Shown here piece after piece: positions 1 through 11,653 of a stretch of DNA of 64,000 nucleotides. Where the stretch lies: assembly GCA_964276515.1 (NCBI GenBank), contig OZ193909.1, forward strand, positions 2,790,001-2,854,000, in the 5' to 3' direction. The position numbers and the translations under genes were made by a program. Under the pieces are notes generated by a model. The model did no database searches and had not been told where the DNA came from. It saw only the letters and a list, made by a program, of their open reading frames with translations. The first letter of the stretch is position 1; each line of letters begins with the position of its first letter. The DNA comes from Gordius albopunctatus. Taxonomy: Eukaryota.

Positions 1-183
1 TACTAAATATCCTTTAAAGAATTGTCTTCATTTAACAGCCTTATATGCCACCGTCGCTTAAAAAATATCTTTAAAACCCCTGGTCTTAACAAATTAGAAA
101 CAACCAACTCCGTGCTCTCATCTCTACTAGGCTAGAAATTATACTTTCTACTTAAAAACGAGTCCTACTATATTTCCTCAACT

Positions 184-1375
184 ATGCGCCTTAACATAGC
201 TTCCCTGAATGTCCAATCGCTGAACGACCCTGGGATTTTACAGTCACTTACAACCTTCGCTGCCCTTAACAACTTTCAAATTTTCTGCCTTCAGCAGACC
301 AGATATTCCCAGTGTATAAAAGTCCCCGTCAATGATTACCATTTTTACGCCTCAGAACGAGGAGATGAACCCGCATCCGGGGTGGGTATTTTCATTTAAA
401 AAACGCTGAAAGTTAAAAGTATTAACTTTGTGAACAACCGCCTGATCATAGCCCACGTATTTATCAAAAACCGAATCCTTTCTATTTTCAATGTCTATGC
501 TCCCCCTTCCTCAAAAAACTTTATCTCTGCGGAAAACTTCTTCCTTAACATACAACACGAAATGAATCTAAACTTTAAAGTATAAAAATAATTTTAGGAG
601 ACTTCAATTCCTCCCTAACTCGTAACGCTAATGACAACCCCTCCTGCATAAAACCCAACTCTATTGGACCGACCAATAGAAACGGCAAAATGCTTAAAAA
701 ATGGTGCGCCAAAATTTATGGTTTCTTCAACCTTCACCAATCTCCCCCTTGACAGTCTAATTACCTACCAAAAAAAACGAAAAACATCGCGGTACCCAAA
801 TAGACCATATCTTATGCCAATTAAAACACCGCAGAATTATCAAACACTTTTGCACCATCCAACCAATCATAAAGACTGACCACTTCGTCATTGCGGCTGA
901 AATCTTTATTACACCAGCCGCCCTCCACTCATTTAAAAGTATTCAAAACTACCCACCCAGCTCACGTTAAATAAAAGACACTGCTCAGCTAGCCACTAGA
1001 CTTCAATCAGATGTTAACCTACTTGGCAACTTAGATACGCTCCCGATCAACGAGCATAACACCTTATTAACAAACTTTTTTACCCCCAGGCACGACAAAA
1101 AATTACACGTCAATACCAAATCCTGGTTCTCGGAAGAAAGAATTACTCTGCTAGAATCCCGTTACAATGTCTTCAAAGACAAAACTCTTAAGGATAAAAA
1201 GCTGTGGATTAAAACACTTACGAAAAAGATAAAAGCCAGCATCAAGAAAGACAAGAAAAATTTCGTCTCTAACAAATTAAATGACGCCGAACAAGCTAAG
1301 CGTTCTAACAACACCTATTGCTTGTATAAAATACTAAAAACTCTAACCACGAAATTCTCCAATAAACACAACTAC
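184..1375 (+). mobile_element. Degenerate non-LTR retrotransposon (LINE) ORF2, APE endonuclease region
   Basis: Translation MRLNIASLNVQSL...IFCLQQTR...GVGIFI*...NRLI...IFNVYAP...(frameshift) GDFNS follows the motif order of LINE APE endonucleases. It has stops and frameshifts and is truncated before the RT domain. Confidence 0.8.
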
Positions 1376-1381
1376 CACTTG

Positions 1382-1907
1382 TTATGTTGTTTTATTACTT
1401 AAAGACTATCTAAATCAACATTTTTAGCATTTTAAAAGCAAAAACCTTACTATTTCAAGCAACAATAATTTTTCACAGACCTTTATGTTGTTTTATTACT
1501 TAAAGACAATCTATATCAACATTTGTAGCATTTTAAAAGCAAAAACAAAATTATTTCAAGCAATAGTCATTTTTCACAACCTATATGTTGTTTTATTATT
1601 TAAAGGGAACTATCTAAATCAAATTTTTTAGCATTTTAATAGCAAAAACCTATTATGTCAAGCAACAATCATTTTTCACAAATCTATATGTTGTTTTATT
1701 ACTAAAAGGGAACTATCTAAATCAATTTTTTAAATATTTTTAAGGCAAAAACATAAATATGTCAGGCAACAATCATTTTACACAAACTTATACGTTTTTT
1801 ACTTGAAAAGAACTATACAAATCAAAATTTTTAGCATTTTAAAAGCAAATCCCATATTATGTCTAGCAACAATCATTTTCACCGATTTATTTATTGTTTT
1901 ATTACTT
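1382..1907. repeat. Tandem repeat, about 5 copies of a 100-103 bp unit
   Basis: The unit tatgttgttttattacttaaag...tatctaaatcaa...tagcattttaaaagcaaa...agcaacaatcatttttcaca recurs at about 1382, 1483, 1583, 1686, 1789 and partially at about 1890. Confidence 0.9.
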
Positions 1908-2974
1908 GGAGGAATAGACACAGGGACAAGGATAGAATATCATGTAACATAAATATAAGTCAAAAAGTTGTAAATGCTAAAAAAATTTGAGAACAATAAC
2001 AATGTATGCTATATACAAATAGAATGTAAACAAATAGTTTATTTACAATGTTAAAGTAACATTATTTCTTAACAAACAACATTTTTTTATCATTCACTCT
2101 TTAAATTAGTGCCTTTCCATTATTTAAAAGGATTTGATATCTGACAAGAGTTTTCAAAGACAACATGTCACGTTCCTCCTCGTTTAAGCACTCACATTTC
2201 TCAATATTTAGGAATCATCTAATGTCATATTGTGGGTGTTTCCTTACAAACCCTTTTCATAAAGATTATATTTTTATAAAACTGCCATTTTTTTCCTTCT
2301 CCAAATCTTGTGCTAATATAGAACATTATAAAATATTATATAAAAAAACTACACATATAATATAAGATTAAGATATTAATAGGTTTGTGTGAATTTAGAT
2401 AAGGTATTGCTATACTTATACAAATAATATAAGGTAATACACGATATTAAGCATTTTTTCAACATGTTATAGTTAAAATTACATTAGTCAAAATGATCAT
2501 TTTAATTTGTTGATAAAAAACTATATATTATTTAATTTACAATATTTTATCCTTAATAAAACTACGAAAGTACAATTAAATTTACAATGACTCTTCATAT
2601 GTTAGCTATCGGATAAATATCAGTTCATTTGATATAGAACATTATACATGATCCTATATTATAAAAAATAGAATCATATATTATTATATAGCAAACTAAT
2701 ATATTTTCATTTATTTATGATAAACTGCTCATATCTATAGTCCTGACAGGCAACTATTTAATATCAATACATTGTTATTATAAAACCTTTACTATATAGT
2801 TAATTAATATATATTAATTATACAATAGTATTTAATATTTTAATATTAAATGAAATTTGTACAAAATACATATATTTTTCAATATTAATTTGATGCTTCA
2901 GATATATTGTCTAATTTGTCAACCTAGTCTCGATGTTGTGCATGATTCCAAATACATACATACATACTTACTTA

Positions 2975-3180
2975 AATTTAAAGCTGAATTACGAAAGGTA
3001 AAATATTAACAAATGGGTATTTATTATTGTTTATAGTCTATAGGAAGATTATAAATTCAGCTACATAAATATATAATTAAATATTCAATTTAAAGTTGAA
3101 TCACTAAAGGTAAAATATTAACAAATGATTATTTATTATTGTTTATAGTCTATAGAGTAAATTATAAATTTAACTACATA
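2975..3180. repeat. Two-copy tandem repeat, 112-bp period
   Basis: aatttaaag.tgaat.ac.aaaggtaaaatattaacaaatg..tatttattattgtttatagtctatag starts at 2975 and again at 3087. Confidence 0.85.
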
Positions 3181-3433
3181 CATGAATCAACAAAAAAGTA
3201 AGTTTTATTTATTATTATGTAGATCTAAAATTTTATACTTATTTTATTTGCAAAATTTATATTTTAAATTAATATAATCTATTATTCCTACCCTACCAAT
3301 ATATATATCTATGACACTTTAAAATTTTATTTAAGTGAATAAGAATGACCAAAATAAGAATATGCAACTTAAGATAAAGAATATGCTTGAAAAAAATATG
3401 TATACAGCTACAAAAAATAGCAATGGAAAACCT

Positions 3434-3964
3434 TTAGTCTGAGACATTAATGACAATCGATTCTTTATCCTTATTCATTTTATCAGCCAGAAGGTCTATA
3501 ATATCTTCATTGTATATCTCTATAAAGGAGACCAATATTTTAAAACTAGTTTTAGAAGGGTTGTCATCCTCATCATTTAGCTTGTAATTGGTGACATACT
3601 TGAAAATTTTGTTGATTGTTTTGGGAATTATTGCAACATTTTCAATATCCTTTTCTGATATGGCAAAACAATAAGTGCCCATCGTGTATGTTTTTCCTGA
3701 GCCTGTTTGTCCGTATGCCAAAATGGTAAGGTTTTATCCTTCAAGTACTGTTGCTAAAAGTGGTTCACCTGTGGCTCCAAACACTTCATTTTGTGTGGAT
3801 GTTGTTGAGAATACATAATCATATGTAAAGGGCTTTGATGATATCAACACCTGAGGCTGATTAGGAATAAATTGTAAACAATGATTACAACCTGCATCTA
3901 TTTCTTTTGACACTAAAGGGCGACATCTAAGACCCACTTTAACGGGTATATTTTCTCCATCCAT
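3434..3964 (-). pseudogene. KIF4: Truncated kinesin-4 (chromokinesin) motor N-terminus, copy 1, with internal stop
   Basis: MDGENIPVKVGLRCRPLVSKEI...FTYDYVF...QNEVF...LEG*NLTILAYGQTGSGKTYTMG...ILVSFIEIYNEDIIDLL. The kinesin P-loop and a KIF4-type N-terminus are present. TAA replaces the conserved Tyr of G-Y-N, and switch I/II are missing. Confidence 0.85.
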
Positions 3965-4047
3965 GTTAAATTATAAAATAAGAGAAAAATTTAAGTAAGT
4001 TTGCCGCGAATCTGGTTGAGAAGGCCATAACGAATCCGGCACATTTG

Positions 4048-6548
4048 ATGAGGGCGTGATTAGAAGAGTAGGGGAAAGAGAGGAGATTAAATGAGGAATG
4101 TGTTAGTAAACATTGCATAAGCATTATGTACTCTGTTTACAAAGACAAAGTGGGATTGATATTAATGCGGGGAAGGGGTACAGACACGCGGATAAATTTA
4201 AAAGTAGAGGTAAAACAAGAGAGAAGGTTATGATTCATTAGACCAATAAATGGTCTATAAGATTATAAAAAAACTCGGGCCTTCGGCCCTCGTGGGAAGG
4301 AGGGGAGGGAAGGAGGAACTCATCTACACTCCGTATAAATGTATCATATTTGCTATGCAATTTATGGGCGAGAAAGGTGGGAAGGGGTGAGAATGCCTAT
4401 AGGCGGGGGGGGGGTATTAAATGTAAAATAATTAGTTAATTATTAATACAAATTTTCGATTTAATTAAATTATAAAAAATGTAGAAGATGCAAATGTAAT
4501 ATGATTATTTTTTCTTTTTATCATGCCATTTGTAAAACACAATGAAAAATGGCTAGCAATAGCCCCTCTCCGACTAGCCCCGACCCCTATTTTAATAAAC
4601 AATTAATAATGTAGATAAATGAAAGACAAAACCTAATTTTATGCAAGAACACAAAAAAACAAAATATAGTAATCTTTAAAATAAATAATTCAATGTGTAA
4701 AAATGTATATGAAAGAATATTAATGTTGAAAACTAGCACATGCAAAAAACAATCATGAACAAAATATCACATTTGAGAATAAATAAAAATATTACATTAG
4801 TTTTTATGGCCTCTAGTGATTATGGGTCTAACAAACATTATATTATAAAACACCACAATGTTAAGAATTTGCAGAATTGTTGGGAGAAATTTTTTGTTGA
4901 ATTTGAACAATTTTTAATTAAAAAAATCAAAAATTTGGCCAATGGTCATTTCTTCTGCATTGGTCAGTACCCACAGATACTCTATAAGTCGATGATAGCC
5001 AAAAAAACGGAAAAAAAATTTTGATGCTCACTTTGGCCAATGGTCATTTTTTCCCATTGGTCAGCAGCCAGCACACGGTAAAAGTGGATATAAATTCATA
5101 AGAGTAAAAAAACGAAAAAAAAATTTTCGAATCACAGTTTGGCCAAAGGTCATTTTTTTCCATTGGTCAGCAGCCAGGACACGGTAAAAGTGGATATAAA
5201 TTCATAATAGTCAAAAAAACGGAAAAAAAGTTTTAGAATCACATTTTGGCCAATGGTTATTTTATTCCATTGGTCAGCAGCCAGCGGACGGCCAAAAAGT
5301 CATAATAGCAATGGTAGGAACAGGAACAATCATAATAGTCAAAAAAAACGGAAAAAATAATTTCGATTCACATTTTGGCCAATGGTCATTTTTTTCCATT
5401 GGTCAGCAGCCAGGACACGGTAAAAGTGGATATAAATTCATAACAGTCAAAAAAAACGAAAAAAAAATTTTCGAATCACATTTTGGCCAATGGTCATTTT
5501 TTCCATCGGTCAGGAGCCAGCGGACGGCCAAAAAGTCATAATAGCAATGGTAGGAACAGGAACAATCATAATAGTCAAAAAAAACGAAAAAATAATTTCG
5601 ATTCACATTTTGGCCAATGGTCATTTTTTTCATTGGTCAGCAGCCAGCGGACGGCCAAAAAGTCTTATTATCAATGATAGTAACAAGAACAATCATAAGA
5701 GTCAAAAAAAACTCCGGGATTCTAACCCAAAAACTAGATAAATTGCATAGCAATTATTAAAAAGTATATCAATGGTATTAACAAGAACAAAATATTAAAT
5801 TAATTAAAAAAATAAAAATTTTGCCCTCTCCGGGATTCGAACCCACATTAAATAGAGGCATAAGCCTTTGGAGGGGAACAGGGAACCATATAAATAGAGC
5901 CATAGGCCCTTGTAGGGGAGGGCATAGGGTAATTATCAATGTTAAACTATTCAAAAACGAAAAATTAAAAATTTCGATTTATCTGGCCAGTAGTCATTTT
6001 TTCATTGGTCAGTAGCCTGCGGACGGTCAAAAATTCATATTATCAATGGTATTAACAAGAACAATATATTAATTTAATTTAAAAAAAAATAAAAATTTTT
6101 GTCCTCTCCGGGTCTCGAACCATCAATTTAGAACGTTCGCCGGGATTCAAACCCACATTAAATAGAGGCATAAGCCTTTGGAGGGGAACAGGGAACCATA
6201 TAAATAGAGCCATAGGCCCTTGTAGGGGAGGGCATAGGGTAATTATCAATGTTAAACTATTCAAAAACGAAAAATTAAAAATTTCGATTTATCTGGCCAG
6301 TGGTCATTTTTTCATTGGTCAGTAGCCTGCGGACGGTCAAACATGTTTATTACTCGATGACGCCATCTATATACTTATAAATTTTGATAAATAAAGTGTT
6401 GGGATATGCATATACTATGCTATACGGGATAGCAGTGTTAGTAGTAGTATCTACTCTATAGAGTAAATTATAAATTTAACTACATACATGAATCAACAAA
6501 AAAGTAAGTTTTATTTATTATTATGTAGATCTAAAATTTTATACTTAT
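4048..6548. repeat. 2.5-kb segmental duplication, copy 1
   Basis: Near-identical to 8927-11415. The ORF track is identical at offset 4867. I saw only a 13-bp indel near 4300, a poly-G length difference and an isolated SNP. Confidence 0.95.
4934..6340. repeat. Satellite-like array: seven 98-129 bp units plus a ~310-bp duplicated block (also at 9801-11207)
   Basis: The core tttggccaatggtcattttttccattggtcagcagcca starts at 4934, 5032, 5138, 5245, 5374, 5482 and 5609. Diverged cores lie at about 5982 and 6292. Confidence 0.9.
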
Positions 6549-6739
6549 TTTATTTGCAAAATTTATATTTTAAATTAATATAATCTATTATTCCTACCCT
6601 ACCAATATATATATCTATGACACTTTAAAATTTTATTTAAGTGAATAAGAATGACCAAAATAAGAATATGCAACTTAAGATAAAGAATATGCTTGAAAAA
6701 AATATGTATACAGCTACAAAAAATAGCAATGGAAAACCT

Positions 6740-7089
6740 TTAGTCTGAGACATTAATGACAATCGATTCTTTATCCTTATTCATTTTATCAGCCAGAAGG
6801 TCTATAATATCTTCATTGTATATCTCTATAAAGGAGACCAATATTTTAAAACTAGTTTTAGAAGGGTTGTCATCCTCATCATTTAGCTTGTAATTGGTGA
6901 CATACTTGAAAATTTTGTTGATTGTTTTGGGAATTATTGCAACATTTTCAATATCCTTTTCTGATATGGCAAAACAATAAGTGCCCATCGTGTATGTTTT
7001 TCCTGAGCCTGTTTGTCCATATGCCAAAATGGTAAGGTTGTTTCCTTCAAGTGCTGTTGCTAAAAGTGGTTCAACTGTGGCTTCAAACA
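6740..7089 (-). pseudogene. KIF4: Kinesin-4 motor fragment, copy 2 (5'-truncated)
   Basis: 6455-7089 is a direct repeat of 3149-3783 (offset 3306). It encodes FEATVEPLLATALEGNNLTILAYGQTGSGKT... Confidence 0.85.
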
Positions 7090-7427
7090 TTTTATTTTTT
7101 TAATTTTCAATCCGGACGCGACCAAATAGAAAAATTTGAGGATGAAAAATTTATTCGATAGAAATGATCATACAAAATTTGATTAATATATTTATTAAAT
7201 TGATTTACTATAATGATGTATAAATATTGTCGCGTCTACAATTTCGTGGCGTGAATTTTACCTTCTCTCTTCTATAATTCTACCAGCAGTGGAAAAGGAC
7301 CTCTCACTACTGGTAGAAGAAGCGGGTATGACCAAAGAATCTGCTTCAATTTTTCAAGTGAACTTTTGTCAATTGAAACGATACGGTTGGCAAATGTGCC
7401 GGATTCGTTATGGCCTTCTCAACCAGA

Positions 7428-7438
7428 TTCGCGGCAAA
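7428..7438. promoter_or_regulatory. E2F-like site upstream of the kinesin-4 ATG (also at 4000-4010)
   Basis: TTTGCCGCGAA matches TTTSSCGC about 35 nt upstream of the ATG. This is plausible for a mitotic gene but is a short motif only. Confidence 0.3.
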
Positions 7439-7473
7439 CTTACTTAAATTTTTCTCTTATTTTATAATTTAAC

Positions 7474-7928
7474 ATGGATGGAGAAAATATACCCGTTAAA
7501 GTGGGTCTTAGATGTCGCCCTTTAGTGTCAAAAGAAATAGATGCAGGTTGTAATCATTGTTTACAATTTATTCCTAATCAGCCTCAGGTGTTGATATCAT
7601 CAAAGCCCTTTACATATGATTATGTATTCTCAACAACATCCACACAAAATGAAGTGTTTGGAGCCACAGGTGAACCACTTTTAGCAACAGTACTTGAAGG
7701 ATAAAACCTTACCATTTTGGCATACGGACAAACAGGCTCAGGAAAAACATACACGATGGGCACTAATTGTTTTGCCATATCGGAAAGGGATATTAAAAAT
7801 TTTGCAATAATTCCCAAAACAATCAACGAAATTTTCAAGTATATCACCAATTACAAGCTAAATGATGAGGATGACAACCCTTCTAAAACTCGTTTTGAAA
7901 TATTGGTCTCCTTCATAGAGATATACAA
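7474..7928 (+). pseudogene. KIF4: Kinesin-4 motor fragment, copy 3 (inverted, 3'-truncated, internal stop)
   Basis: 7391-7928 is the reverse complement of 3510-4047. It has the same premature TAA (7702-7704) and breaks off after EIY. Confidence 0.85.
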
Positions 7929-8179
7929 AGGGGGGCCGGTGGTTTGATCCTATATTCCTTTCTCATTTAAAAAGCCAAGCAACTCCATTTCCTCATATAA
8001 ATCTCATTTAATATGACTCTCAAGAACTAAAAGTTTATTGGCTGCATTACACATTGAGACGTGTACAAATAATCCAATGAACTCAACAGACCACCGCTGA
8101 GATTGGACAATACGACAAATACACTGTTTAACGCCCAATTTACCATGAAAGCGGTTGGGAAATTAGTCGCAATAATAAT

Positions 8180-8560
8180 GATCACTGGATACTGGAATAT
8201 AGGCACAATGACGGCAAAGAGCACATCGAGGAGAGGTGAGGTGGAATATAACCAGAGCTCAAGAGTTAGGAGAGGGGTAAAAGCTATTCTTCCGTATGTC
8301 ATTAAGTCTAGAAACGGGATTGTTTGCTAAGGGAATCTTCCAATGACAAGTTTATGGAAGTCAAACGATGTTCAGATAGATTAATACAGTTATGTGCGCC
8401 TTTGCTCCATAAATTTGTTGTTGAAATCGAAAAGGTATTTTCTTTGATTCATTGGAAAAGGAGTTACATAATACGACAGATGAAGATGCTAATTAATGAG
8501 TTCTACAAGGAAGCTCGCAATTGGATTAGTAATTCTGATAGAGAACTTTACGCTGAATAA
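8180..8560 (+). mobile_element. RTE-type LINE endonuclease relic
   Basis: GYWNIGTMTAKS...SRNGIV...MEVKRCSDRLI resemble N-terminal APE motifs of RTE-clade ORFs; the frame is broken. Confidence 0.6.
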
Positions 8561-8692
8561 TAATACGTTTTTAGTTTTATTCACGGTCGACAAAATCGTA
8601 TGATTAAAAAGGTTAAAGGTGCCGAAAATGGCCTTACGTTTTATGATTCTTTTTTTACTTGTATTTGTTTAAATTTATTTTTATAAAAGATA

Positions 8693-9171
8693 TGTAATCA
8701 TATAGACAATTTATTGATCTATAGGAACATAATTTTATTTTTCTTGTTTCGTCTCTAATTTTTGTTTATCCGCATTTATCTAAACACCCGCTCCACAGTA
8801 AAATTTCTATCATTATGTACGAGAAAACAGATTACATTAGAGTACATGTTACGTATGCGATACTTGCTAACTTATTCCCTCCCCATCTCCTCCACTCCCG
8901 ACCCCTTCTTGTGTACTTGGCTAAATATGAGGGCGTGATTAGAAGAGTAGGGGAAAGAGAGGAGATTAAATGAGGAATGTGTTAGTAAACATTGCATAAG
9001 CATTATGTACTCTGTTTACAAAGACAAAGTGGGATTGATATTAATGCGGGGAAGGGGTACAGACACGCGGATAAATTTAAAAGTAGAGGTAAAACAAGAG
9101 AGAAGGTTATGATTCATTAGACCAATAAATGGTCTATAAGATTATAAAAAAACTCGGGCCTTCGGCCCTCG
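8693..9171. mobile_element. Degenerate ~450-bp palindromic element ending in a GC mini-hairpin
   Basis: Symmetric pairs around ~8920: tcatatagacaatttattgatct/agaccaataaatggtctataaga, tttatccgc/gcggataaa, agagtacat/atgtactct and tatgcgatacttgctaac/gttagtaaacattgcata. These are followed by gggcc-ttc-ggccc. An inverted relative lies at about 37315-37760. Confidence 0.65.
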
Positions 9172-11415
9172 TGGGAAGGAGGAACTCATCTACACTCCGT
9201 ATAAATGTATCATATTTGCTATGCAATTTATGGGCGAGAAAGGTGGGAAGGGGTGAGAATGCCTATAGGCGGGGGGGGGGGTATTAAATGTAAAATAATT
9301 AGTTAATTATTAATACAAATTTTCGATTTAATTAAATTATAAAAAATGTAGAAGATGCAAATGTAATATGATTATTTTTTCTTTTTATCATGCCATTTGT
9401 AAAACACAATGAAAAATGGCTAGCAATAGCCCCTCTCCGACTAGCCCCGACCCCTATTTTAATAAACAATTAATAATGTAGATAAATGAAAGACAAAACC
9501 TAATTTTATGCAAGAACACAAAAAAACAAAATATAGTAATCTTTAAAATAAATAATTCAATGTGTAAAAATGTATATGAAAGAATATTAATGTTGAAAAC
9601 TAGCACATGCAAAAAACAATCATGAACAAAATATCACATTTGAGAATAAATAAAAATATTACATTAGTTTTTATGGCCTCTAGTGATTATGGGTCTAACA
9701 AACATTATATTATAAAACACCACAATGTTAAGAATTTGCAGAATTGTTGGGAGAAATTTTTTGTTGAATTTGAACAATTTTTAATTAAAAAAATCAAAAA
9801 TTTGGCCAATGGTCATTTCTTCTGCATTGGTCAGTACCCACAGATACTCTATAAGTCGATGATAGCCAAAAAAACGGAAAAAAAATTTTGATGCTCACTT
9901 TGGCCAATGGTCATTTTTTCCCATTGGTCAGCAGCCAGCACACGGTAAAAGTGGATATAAATTCATAAGAGTAAAAAAACGAAAAAAAAATTTTCGAATC
10001 ACAGTTTGGCCAAAGGTCATTTTTTTCCATTGGTCAGCAGCCAGGACACGGTAAAAGTGGATATAAATTCATAATAGTCAAAAAAACGGGAAAAAAGTTT
10101 TAGAATCACATTTTGGCCAATGGTTATTTTATTCCATTGGTCAGCAGCCAGCGGACGGCCAAAAAGTCATAATAGCAATGGTAGGAACAGGAACAATCAT
10201 AATAGTCAAAAAAAACGGAAAAAATAATTTCGATTCACATTTTGGCCAATGGTCATTTTTTTCCATTGGTCAGCAGCCAGGACACGGTAAAAGTGGATAT
10301 AAATTCATAACAGTCAAAAAAAACGAAAAAAAAATTTTCGAATCACATTTTGGCCAATGGTCATTTTTTCCATCGGTCAGGAGCCAGCGGACGGCCAAAA
10401 AGTCATAATAGCAATGGTAGGAACAGGAACAATCATAATAGTCAAAAAAAACGAAAAAATAATTTCGATTCACATTTTGGCCAATGGTCATTTTTTTCAT
10501 TGGTCAGCAGCCAGCGGACGGCCAAAAAGTCTTATTATCAATGATAGTAACAAGAACAATCATAAGAGTCAAAAAAAACTCCGGGATTCTAACCCAAAAA
10601 CTAGATAAATTGCATAGCAATTATTAAAAAGTATATCAATGGTATTAACAAGAACAAAATATTAAATTAATTAAAAAAATAAAAATTTTGCCCTCTCCGG
10701 GATTCGAACCCACATTAAATAGAGGCATAAGCCTTTGGAGGGGAACAGGGAACCATATAAATAGAGCCATAGGCCCTTGTAGGGGAGGGCATAGGGTAAT
10801 TATCAATGTTAAACTATTCAAAAACGAAAAATTAAAAATTTCGATTTATCTGGCCAGTAGTCATTTTTTCATTGGTCAGTAGCCTGCGGACGGTCAAAAA
10901 TTCATATTATCAATGGTATTAACAAGAACAATATATTAATTTAATTTAAAAAAAAATAAAAATTTTTGTCCTCTCCGGGTCTCGAACCATCAATTTAGAA
11001 CGTTCGCCGGGATTCAAACCCACATTAAATAGAGGCATAAGCCTTTGGAGGGGAACAGGGAACCATATAAATAGAGCCATAGGCCCTTGTAGGGGAGGGC
11101 ATAGGGTAATTATCAATGTTAAACTATTCAAAAACGAAAAATTAAAAATTTCGATTTATCTGGCCAGTGGTCATTTTTTCATTGGTCAGTAGCCTGCGGA
11201 CGGTCAAACATGTTTATTACTCGATGACGCCATCTATATACTTATAAATTTTGATAAATAAAGTGTTGGGATATGCATATACTATGCTATACGGGATAGC
11301 AGTGTTAGTAGTAGTATCTACTCTATAGAGTAAATTATAAATTTAACTACATACATGAATCAACAAAAAAGTAAGTTTTATTTATTATTATGTAGATCTA
11401 AAATTTTATACTTAT
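8927..11415. repeat. 2.5-kb segmental duplication, copy 2
   Basis: Near-identical to 4048-6548. Confidence 0.95.
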
Positions 11416-11653
11416 ATATGCTGTGTGTGATAAATTTAAGGGGCTGTGGGATGTGTGTTGCATGCGTATCTTGCAAACCTTATACAACCTTATCGTTATG
11501 TTGGGGGTGGGAACGATACACACACCTCCGTTCTCTCCTGCACATTCTCCCTTCCAACCTTGTTCCACCCGGTTCCAACCTAAACACACCCCACCCAACC
11601 TTGATAATACAAAATGATTCAAATAATATTTTATTTAATAATAATGAAAACGA

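Noticed and set aside
3734..3736. TAA at a conserved Tyr in two kinesin copies as stop-codon reassignment or readthrough
   Set aside because: The hnRNP and synaptopodin-like genes end in TAA and have no internal stops. The two copies share the mutation by descent and are truncated anyway.
5823..5845. tRNA gene on the minus strand (GGTTCGAATCCCGG)
   Set aside because: Only a T-arm/B-box-like piece is present, with no D arm, anticodon arm or acceptor stem. At most it is a SINE-like remnant.
4740..6264. Short ORFs in the duplicated module (and at 9607-11131)
   Set aside because: They are overlapping translations of tandem repeats with no recognisable domains.
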